The notes under the pieces: generated by a model
What the model was told of the DNA's origin: nothing
The model's input: only the letters and a program-made list of their open reading frames with translations
The model's database searches: none
Shown: piece after piece, positions 19,582-26,514 of the stretch
Layout: the number at the start of each line of letters is the position of its first letter
How positions within the stretch are numbered: the first letter of the stretch is position 1
Made by a program: the position numbers and the translations under genes
Origin: Desulfobacterium sp.
GTDB lineage: Bacteria; Desulfobacterota; Desulfobacteria; Desulfobacterales; Desulfobacteraceae
Reading direction: 5' to 3'
NCBI GenBank assembly: GCA_030145245.1
Contig: JAQYWC010000070.1
Location: 6,040 to 70,039, forward strand
DNA length: 64,000 bases

Positions 19582-20544
19582 CTATCTTAGAAGGTCGGTG
19601 TACTTCTTGAACTTCTCGCTGTTCATCAATTCAACACACCTGTTGAAGCGGTTGAGGCCGTAGTCCCAGTAGAACTCCTTCTCCTTGCCGTTGAATATCT
19701 GGATCGGGGACCAGAGGTACCATAGCACGTCGTTGACAAACTTGTCGATCAGAATAAAGGCATACTCCTTGTCCGTCACACCCCGGCCAAAGTACTGATT
19801 GAGGAAAAGCTGCTCCTGCTCATCGGTCAGTCCAACCTCAAGGGAGAAGGCGGCAAGATCCATTAGGGGATCACCGATTCCACCGTACTCCCAGTCGATG
19901 AAGAAGATCTCCCCATCCTTGACAATCCAGTTCTCAGGAAGGGGGTCGTTATGGGTGGGAGACTGGGGCCTTGGATTCTTGGCAAGGACAGCCTCCATGT
20001 CGGCCAGCTTCTCCATCACCTTGTCATGACCGTCGTAATTTTCGATGTTGTTCTTCTCGATCAGTTTGATATAGCTGTGAACTTCCTCGAAAAAGTCGAA
20101 TTTCCCCTTGAACTCGTCCTTGGTGTTGTGAACTTCATGAAGTTTCTTGGCGATCATGGAGATGTAGGTATCGGCCTCATCCGTGGAAAAATCAGGGACA
20201 TGCAGGGTCTTTCCGTCGACGTAGGCGTCGATCTTGTCACCGGTGGTAGGATCATAGTAGAAGAGCGGCGGATTGATGCCGGCCTTGGCCATGATATGGG
20301 CGTTGTTATCCTCGGCAGGACGGTCGATCATATCGGCGGTTCCCTTTCCGGCAACCCTTACGGCATAGGCGTTACCGCCCACGGTAACCTTGAAATTCTC
20401 GTTGGTCAGGCCCCCCGGCAACTTTTCAATGCTCTCAATTCTGTTGCCATTATACTCAGGTACCTTGCTGACCATCGTATAGATTTGACCCACATGCACC
20501 TGATCGATCGAAGCCTCAATAGTAACCTTTTCCATTTCCCTCAT
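19582..20544 (-). CDS. Phosphotransferase of the APH / choline-ethanolamine kinase family
   Basis: Contains the N-terminal block GGLTNENFKV, the catalytic block HNDPLPENW and the block IDWEYGGIGDPLMDLA. Confidence 0.75.
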   Translation of the reverse strand: MREMEKVTIEASIDQVHVGQIYTMVSKVPEYNGNRIESIEKLPGGLTNENFKVTVGGNAYAVRVAGKGTADMIDRPAEDNNAHIMAKAGINPPLFYYDPTTGDKIDAYVDGKTLHVPDFSTDEADTYISMIAKKLHEVHNTKDEFKGKFDFFEEVHSYIKLIEKNNIENYDGHDKVMEKLADMEAVLAKNPRPQSPTHNDPLPENWIVKDGEIFFIDWEYGGIGDPLMDLAAFSLEVGLTDEQEQLFLNQYFGRGVTDKEYAFILIDKFVNDVLWYLWSPIQIFNGKEKEFYWDYGLNRFNRCVELMNSEKFKKYTDLLR

Positions 20545-20894
20545 ACCCTTCTTTTATTAAGTTGTAATAAATTGTTTCCCAGTCCTGCCGGCCACGGGTG
20601 CCCGGCAAATGTATCTGAGCTCAACCACCGGGAGTCTTTCGACCCCCTTCAACTCCCAAGGATTAAAACAGCACTATAAAGTATAGAGTTCTATACAGAA
20701 GTAGATTGCCCGGACATTTTTGTCAACAAAAAAATAGGGTCCCACCTGAAAGAAACGGAGTTAACTTGAAATAACATGAAATTATAAGACTTTATCATCG
20801 CAGCAAACCGGACAAAAACCGGGCGGCGCCTGTATAGGCGTGGGGAAGAGGTACAAAGTTTTCTGTATAGACGGGGAGACGCTTTACCCTTGAA

Positions 20895-21707
20895 TCAGGA
20901 GGCCGTCAATAAAGAGGCCACGGTTCCCTGGTCCAGGGCCTTGTCCCGGAGGAACCCGAACACGGCCTTGCCCTTGATCCATGCAGGCGGTTGCCCATCC
21001 CCCCCCTGCCTGAGGCTTGCTATCCACCCGGGATCCAGACTTGCCACGGGATCGGGCCAGAGCACAAGCCGGTTGCTCTCCGGATCGTAGATCACCATGG
21101 GGCCGAAAAACGTCCGGCCGGAGGCGTCGGTGGAAACACTGCCCCAGGTGCGATATCCCTTGATCTGGAACAGGGAAGGCGCCGGAACATAGCCCAGGAT
21201 CTCGGCAAAGAGCACCACAGCCTGTACCACCTCCTCTTCCCTGCTGTTTTCAAGGGCTGCCACACCCTCCTCAACCATGACAGCAAGGTCCGCCCCATCA
21301 AAGGTAAGATCCAGGGAGCCGAGCAGATCCTGCTGAAGAAAGACAAGGGAACCGGTTCGCCGACTCTTCACAACATCCTTGTCGCTGAGGATCTTGATGG
21401 CATTACGCACGTTGAGCATCTCCTTGAGGGTGGGATTCCGCCGTAGCAGGACATCGGCAAGGGTGGTCTCAAACAGGGGCAGCTCGTTGTCAAGCACAAG
21501 AATCTGATAGGTACCGTCACTAAGGGGCCTGAGATAGAGATCCATCTCCCGCTCCCTGAGGAGCTCAAAGGTGGACATGTCAAGAAGCTGTTTCATGGCC
21601 TTTTTGTTAACCTTGAGACCGCTCGCAACCGAACCCAGGGTTCTGTCCACGGTGCTGACAAGATCGTTGATGGTGATCCGCTTTAAAAGATTTTCCTTGA
21701 AACCCAT
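20895..21707 (-). CDS. Hypothetical protein (270 aa), co-oriented 12 nt downstream of trmH
   Basis: GGAGG is upstream of ATG 21707. I recognise no family signature. Confidence 0.55.
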   Translation of the reverse strand: MGFKENLLKRITINDLVSTVDRTLGSVASGLKVNKKAMKQLLDMSTFELLREREMDLYLRPLSDGTYQILVLDNELPLFETTLADVLLRRNPTLKEMLNVRNAIKILSDKDVVKSRRTGSLVFLQQDLLGSLDLTFDGADLAVMVEEGVAALENSREEEVVQAVVLFAEILGYVPAPSLFQIKGYRTWGSVSTDASGRTFFGPMVIYDPESNRLVLWPDPVASLDPGWIASLRQGGDGQPPAWIKGKAVFGFLRDKALDQGTVASLLTAS

Positions 21708-21719
21708 GACGCCTCCTCT

Positions 21720-22211
21720 CTACTCCCCCCCCCTCCCGGGAAGGGAGTGGGGTATCTTTGACACCCGGTCATACATGACCATGCTCCCTGCAACGGCAAC
21801 GTTGAGGCTGAACTCTCCGGGCAGCTTCACAAGGGCATGGCAGCGGGAGACAACCCCCTGGGCAAGCCCGAGCTGCTCGTTACCCAAGAGATAGACCGCC
21901 CTCTGGGGATGGTCGAATTCGCTCAATTCAACGGCGCCCTCTTCCATTTCAACGCCTACGAGCCGGGTGTCATGGGGAAGATTGCTGTAGAACTCGTCAA
22001 AATCATTGTAATGGAACAGGGGAATTTTTGTCCAGGTACGGGTCACATCCCCTGCTTGATGACTATACCTGTTTCCAATGGTGAAAATAAACGAGGCCCC
22101 CATGATATAGGCCGACCTCCACAGGGTTCCGATGTTCAACTCTTTTACCGAGTGCATCAACCCGATTCCGTAAAAACCGTTCTGCTGATATTGCTGTTTC
22201 AATCGTGACAT
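21720..22211 (-). CDS. SpoU/TrmH-family RNA 2'-O-methyltransferase
   Basis: The C-terminal SPOUT motifs are LLGNEQLGL and LPGEFSLNVAVAGSMVMYD. The start is uncertain (ATG 22211 or TTG 22238). Confidence 0.8.
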   Translation of the reverse strand: MSRLKQQYQQNGFYGIGLMHSVKELNIGTLWRSAYIMGASFIFTIGNRYSHQAGDVTRTWTKIPLFHYNDFDEFYSNLPHDTRLVGVEMEEGAVELSEFDHPQRAVYLLGNEQLGLAQGVVSRCHALVKLPGEFSLNVAVAGSMVMYDRVSKIPHSLPGRGGE

Positions 22212-22368
22212 ACCTATGTAATACCCCTGTGAAGGCAAACAGTCAACCGGCAGAGGCCGATCTTTAACCTATGCTAATCAGATTGTTTATGATAATTTTG
22301 TCCGTCAGTAAAAACAAGGAATAGATAATAATGGGACACCCATTACAACCACACAAAGGAGGGAGACG

Positions 22369-22587
22369 ATGAAAGATACCGTAATAATTTTCGGCAAAAG
22401 CTCATGACCCTTTACCAGCGCTGCCCGGGGGGCATTTACAACGAAAAAGATCGCGTTCAGGTATATAGATGTGGTGATGGAGCCGAGCCAGTTAGAAACA
22501 ATGCTTGAATATTCAGACGGCAACCGCATGGTGCCGGTGATCGTTGAAAACGGCAAGGTCACCATCGGATACCAGGGCAAAGGCTGA
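22369..22587 (+). CDS. Glutaredoxin-like (NrdH/YruB-type) small redox protein with an in-frame TGA (putative selenocysteine) at codon 13
   Basis: AGGAGGGAG lies upstream of ATG 22369. My hand translation is MKDTVIIFGKSS-[TGA 22405-22407]-PFTSAARGAFTTKKIAFRYIDVVMEPSQLETMLEYSDGNRMVPVIVENGKVTIGYQGKG, ending at TGA 22585-22587. The TGA falls exactly where the first Cys of a CPxC redox motif is expected. The downstream frame keeps thioredoxin-fold hallmarks: (I/Y)xxIDV, a cis-Pro VP and a G-K-x-I-G-Y strand. Confidence 0.6.
22422..22434 (+). other. Candidate bacterial SECIS hairpin downstream of the in-frame TGA
   Basis: UGCCC-GGG-GGGCA forms a 5-bp GC-rich stem with a G-only apical loop. It starts 15 nt after the UGA. 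It is short and needs a covariance or SECIS-model check. Confidence 0.3.
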
Positions 22588-22647
22588 AAGATCTGATTTC
22601 CGGCTGTATGCCGGAACACGTTACAACATTACAACAGGAGCACTCAA

Positions 22648-23313
22648 TTGAAGCAGACAAAAGCGACAAACGGGCAATTCCCCATAGACGACTTTAAAAG
22701 CGGTGAATCATGGCGTCTGTTCAAGATCATGGGAGAATTTGTCGAGGGCATCGATACCCTGCACAACATCGGCCCTGCCGTCTCCATCTTTGGATCGGCC
22801 CGGACAACCCCTGATAGCCCATGCTATAAAAAAGCAGAAACCATTGCAGCCCTGTTTGCAAAGGCAGGTTACGGTGTTATCACCGGCGGCGGCGGGGGCG
22901 TCATGGAGGCGGCCAACAAAGGGGCTGCATCGGTAGACGGCACCTCGGTGGGGCTCAACATCAACCTCCCCTTTGAACAACAGCCCAACCCTTACGCAAA
23001 CATAGGTCTGGAGTTCAACTACTTCTTTATCCGCAAGGTGATGTTCATCAAATACGCCCAGGCCTACATCATCATTCCCGGCGGGTTCGGCACCCTGGAC
23101 GAGCTGTTTGAGGCCGTCACCCTGATCCAGACCCACCGGCTCAAACCCCTGCCCATTATCCTTGTGGGAACCGAGTACTGGGGCGGTCTTGTGGATTGGA
23201 TTAAGGCACGGATGATCAAGGACAAAATGATATCACCCAAAGACCTGGACATCTTCCAGGTCCTGGACGATCCCGAAGAGATCGTAAAAGCGGTTGTGGA
23301 GTTCAATAAATAA
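22648..23313 (+). CDS. LOG-family (TIGR00730) nucleotide 5'-monophosphate nucleosidase
   Basis: Contains GGGGGVMEAANKGA and PGGFGTLDELFE motifs. The TTG start is preceded by AGGAG. Confidence 0.85.
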   Translation: MKQTKATNGQFPIDDFKSGESWRLFKIMGEFVEGIDTLHNIGPAVSIFGSARTTPDSPCYKKAETIAALFAKAGYGVITGGGGGVMEAANKGAASVDGTSVGLNINLPFEQQPNPYANIGLEFNYFFIRKVMFIKYAQAYIIIPGGFGTLDELFEAVTLIQTHRLKPLPIILVGTEYWGGLVDWIKARMIKDKMISPKDLDIFQVLDDPEEIVKAVVEFNK

Positions 23314-24395
23314 TGACAAGCACCAGCCACATTGTGCATTTTAATGATTCTTCTGACATGGGGGCGATCAAGTCCGAATCGGTCAACCTGGTGGTGACAT
23401 CGCCCCCCTACCCCATGGTGGAGATGTGGGATGACCTCTTCTGCGCCCAGGATCCAAAGATCAGGACAGCCCTGGACAAGGGGCAAGGCATGGAAGCCTT
23501 TGAGGGGATGCACCAAAAACTCGATAAGGTGTGGAAGGAAGTCTACCGTATACTTGCCCCGGGCTCCTTTGCCTGCATCAACATCGGTGATGCCACCCGG
23601 ACCGTGGACGGCACCTTTCTGCTCTACCCCAACCACTCAAGGATTCTCAGCGCCCTTGTGGAGCTTGGATTCTCCCCCATGCCCTCGGTGATCTGGAGAA
23701 AACAGACCAATGCCCCCAACAAGTTCATGGGATCAGGCATGCTGCCGGCCGGCGCCTATGTGACCCTGGAGCATGAGTGGGTGCTCATCCTGAGAAAGGG
23801 AGAAAAGCGGGAGTTCAAGCGCCCCGACGATAAAGAAAACCGCCGGCAGAGCGCCCTGTTCTGGGAGGAGAGAAACCAGTGGTTCTCAGATGTCTGGTTC
23901 GACCTCAAGGGCACCGTACAGAAACTCACGAAAAAGGAGGTCAGGAACCGAAGCGGCGCCTACCCCTTTGCCCTGCCCTACCGGCTGATCAACATGTATT
24001 CCGCCAAGGGCGACACCGTGGTGGACCCCTTCCTGGGCCTTGGCACCACCACCCTTGCCGCCATGGCAGCAGCCAGGAACAGCATTGGGTTTGAACTGGA
24101 CCCGGAATTCTGGGACACCATTGTCCAGAGAATAGAGAAATCAGAGCCCATGCTCAACCAGGAGATTCTCCAGCGGCTTGCCAATCACCGGGAGTTTGTG
24201 AAAACCCGGAAGGAGCAAGACAAACCGTTCAAGCATTTCAACGAGACCCACGGTTTTGATGTGATCACCAACCAGGAGCGGTTTCTCCACCTCAACGGGG
24301 TTGAAAACATCACCGTTGACGAAAAGAAAAAACGCTTCCAGGCGGCCCATTCCGAATTCCCGGAACCGGAGAGGGACCTGTTCACAGAGGTTTGA
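23313..24395 (+). CDS. Beta-class DNA methyltransferase with an SPPY catalytic motif; probably N4-cytosine, N6-adenine not excluded
   Basis: Motif IV (LVVTSPPYP) precedes motif I (VVDPFLGLGTT), which is the beta-class order. The ATG shares one base with the LOG stop (TAATG). No nuclease gene is adjacent. Confidence 0.85.
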   Translation: MTSTSHIVHFNDSSDMGAIKSESVNLVVTSPPYPMVEMWDDLFCAQDPKIRTALDKGQGMEAFEGMHQKLDKVWKEVYRILAPGSFACINIGDATRTVDGTFLLYPNHSRILSALVELGFSPMPSVIWRKQTNAPNKFMGSGMLPAGAYVTLEHEWVLILRKGEKREFKRPDDKENRRQSALFWEERNQWFSDVWFDLKGTVQKLTKKEVRNRSGAYPFALPYRLINMYSAKGDTVVDPFLGLGTTTLAAMAAARNSIGFELDPEFWDTIVQRIEKSEPMLNQEILQRLANHREFVKTRKEQDKPFKHFNETHGFDVITNQERFLHLNGVENITVDEKKKRFQAAHSEFPEPERDLFTEV

Positions 24396-24420
24396 GAACT
24401 GGACGGAGTAGAAACGAACC

Positions 24421-25335
24421 ATGAAGCACCTTAATTCAAAAGCCCTTGCCGCCATCCTCAGGCACTTGAGATCCAGCCCCACCTTTGAATCCATCGGGGT
24501 AGACCAATACAGAACCCTGCTTGAGAAAAGCGCAAAAGCCTTTAAGGTCGACCCTGGAACCCGGATCTCCCCGGTGTCCGTCGACCAGGTTCCCGGAGCA
24601 TGGATCACACCGGACAAAACAAACGGCAACCACGTCATCCTCTACCTCCACGGAGGCGGATTCATGGGGGGCTCCATCAACACCCACAAGGATCTCGGCG
24701 CAAGGATCGCAGCTGCGGCCGGGGCAAGGCTTCTCATGCCCGGGTACAGGCTTGCCCCGGAGCATCCCTTTCCCGCCGGCCTCAGGGATGCGGTCACGGC
24801 CTACACCTGGCTTCTCGACCACCATGTCTCCCCGGAACACCTTGTGGTTGCAGGCGACTCCGCAGGGGGAGGCCTTGCCCTCTCCCTGCTCCTGAAGCTG
24901 AAGGAAAAGCAAATCCCCCTTCCAAGGGCGGCAGTGCTCATCTCCCCCTGGGCGGACCTGGCCTGCACCGGTGAGTCTCACCAACTGAACCTGGGAAAGG
25001 ATCCCATGCTGAATAAAAAGCTGCTGGTCTCAACCGCCGCCCATTACGTGGACAAAACCCGGTTGACCCATCCCCTGGTGTCCCCCGTCCACGGAGATAT
25101 CTCAGGCCTCTGCCCCCTCCTCATCCAGGTGGGAAACCGGGAGGTGCTGCTGGACGATTCCATCACCCTCGCAGCCAGGGCAAAAGAGGCCGGGGTGGAG
25201 GTCACCCTGGAGATCTGGGAGGAGATGTTCCATGTATGGCACTACTTTGCCCGCTATCTGGACACGGCCAGGGATGCCATCGACGGCATCGGCGGCTGGA
25301 TCAGGGCCCGGCTCAAAGCTTGGCCCCAGCCTTAA
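24421..25335 (+). CDS. Alpha/beta-hydrolase, hormone-sensitive-lipase-type esterase (copy 1, full length)
   Basis: The oxyanion motif is HGGGF and the nucleophile elbow is GDSAGG. A C-terminal D...H is consistent with the triad. Confidence 0.85.
   Translation: MKHLNSKALAAILRHLRSSPTFESIGVDQYRTLLEKSAKAFKVDPGTRISPVSVDQVPGAWITPDKTNGNHVILYLHGGGFMGGSINTHKDLGARIAAAAGARLLMPGYRLAPEHPFPAGLRDAVTAYTWLLDHHVSPEHLVVAGDSAGGGLALSLLLKLKEKQIPLPRAAVLISPWADLACTGESHQLNLGKDPMLNKKLLVSTAAHYVDKTRLTHPLVSPVHGDISGLCPLLIQVGNREVLLDDSITLAARAKEAGVEVTLEIWEEMFHVWHYFARYLDTARDAIDGIGGWIRARLKAWPQP
24556..25320 (+). repeat. Direct repeat, copy 1 (esterase paralog segment, 765 bp)
   Basis: It is collinear and indel-free with 34657-35421. 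Runs of up to ~59 identical nt occur (e.g. ctctacctccacggaggcggattcatgggggg...). Identity is roughly 85% by eye. Confidence 0.85.
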
Positions 25336-25393
25336 TTTTATTTCAGAGCAATCATGTATGGATTCTTATTTAATGCGGTGTTAACTATTTCGC

Positions 25394-25422
25394 TTGACAC
25401 ATACAACGTAGGTCGTTATGTT
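25394..25422 (+). promoter_or_regulatory. Sigma-70-like promoter of the MarR gene
   Basis: TTGACA (25394-25399), a 17-nt spacer, then TATGTT (25417-25422). It ends 37 nt upstream of ATG 25459. A second TTGACA follows immediately. Confidence 0.45.
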
Positions 25423-25458
25423 TTGACATCGAACAATTCAACACACTCTGGAGATATC

Positions 25459-25908
25459 ATGACCAACGACAAAATAGGAACGGATCAGGTTGATAATTTT
25501 AATAAGGCTTTCCATAAGCTTTGGTTTAAGATCATGACCAGCAGACCGGAATCCAAATCTAAAAAGCTTAAAGGACTTACCTTTTCAGATATGCATGTCA
25601 TCAGTATGGCATATGAAGAACCGGATATCATTCTCAAAGAGATCAGAGAAAGACTTAGACTCCCACAAACCACTTTAAGCAGCATTGTGGCCAAACTGGA
25701 AAAAGGAGGATTTCTTCAAAGGGTTATTAATCCCAGGGATTACAGATCGTTTTCCCTTAAACTGACAACGAAAGGAAAAGAGATGATGGAGGCCCACATG
25801 AAATTGGACTATGAGCAGAATTGTCACATTTTAGAAGCACTTGAAGCAAATGAAAGGGAGGAGTTTATCAGATTATTTACCAAGGTCGCTGATAAATTCG
25901 ATTTCTAA
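25459..25908 (+). CDS. MarR-family transcriptional regulator
   Basis: The winged-HTH block is LTFSDMHVISMAY...LRLPQTTLSSIVAKLEKGGFLQRVINPRDYRSFSLKLT. GGAG is upstream of ATG 25459. Confidence 0.8.
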   Translation: MTNDKIGTDQVDNFNKAFHKLWFKIMTSRPESKSKKLKGLTFSDMHVISMAYEEPDIILKEIRERLRLPQTTLSSIVAKLEKGGFLQRVINPRDYRSFSLKLTTKGKEMMEAHMKLDYEQNCHILEALEANEREEFIRLFTKVADKFDF

Positions 25909-26051
25909 TTTAAATCAGATGCAGGGTGAAAGGCTGTTATTTTAATGGCAATGCGACCCGACTGATTTTTTTTACACATTTACAACGAACATAGTACAAA
26001 CCAATCTTCGCACAATAAATACGATCGATTATATGAAAAGGATAAAATCAA

Positions 26052-26499
26052 ATGACTAACATAATTACTTTTCCGCCTTTTTACTTTTTCACTGTCATCA
26101 TACTGAATTTTGTTTGTTATTTTCTGTTTCCTGAATTCAACAGCATTCCTTTTCCTTGTAACCTTGTTGGCATAATCGCCATTATTTGCGGATTCCATAT
26201 AGCTAATAGAAGTTCAAATATTTTCACTAAAAAAAAAGACAACTTTCCGTTTGGAAAGACCCTCTGCGTTTGTCCAAAATGATTTTTACAAAATCAGCAG
26301 AAACCCCATGTATTTAGGTGGCCTGATTCTGATTTCAGGACAGGCAGTTTTAATGACTAACTTAATCGCATTAACCACCCCCGTATTGTTTTTCCTTATT
26401 ATAAATTTTTTATGTATTCCACCTGAAGAGACCATAATGAAAAAGACCTTTGGAAGCGAGTATATCGCGTATAAACAAAACGTAAGACGCTGGTTGTAA
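26052..26499 (+). pseudogene. ICMT/PEMT-family membrane methyltransferase interrupted by a frameshift in an A9 run
   Basis: ORF 26052-26282 gives N-terminal TM helices. After the A9 tract (26229-26237), the -1 frame relative to ORF 26052-26282 reads KTTFRLERPSAFVQNDFYKISRNPMYLGG...PEE..., the conserved ICMT C-terminal core. That frame continues as ORF 26251-26499. Confidence 0.7.
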
Positions 26500-26514
26500 A
26501 GGGAGGAGGAAAAT

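Noticed and set aside
22305-22619. A 104-aa minus-strand ORF from the track covers the region between trmH and the LOG gene.
   Set aside because: It is antisense to a plus-strand reading frame that has a strong RBS and a clear glutaredoxin-fold translation once the in-frame TGA is read through. The minus-strand product is low-complexity and hydrophobic, with no RBS or family signature.
23313-24395. I considered the methyltransferase as part of a restriction-modification or other defence system.
   Set aside because: No nuclease, specificity subunit, helicase/ATPase partner or mobile-element gene is adjacent. The neighbours are LOG and esterase genes in an apparently housekeeping string. It is reported only as an orphan methyltransferase.
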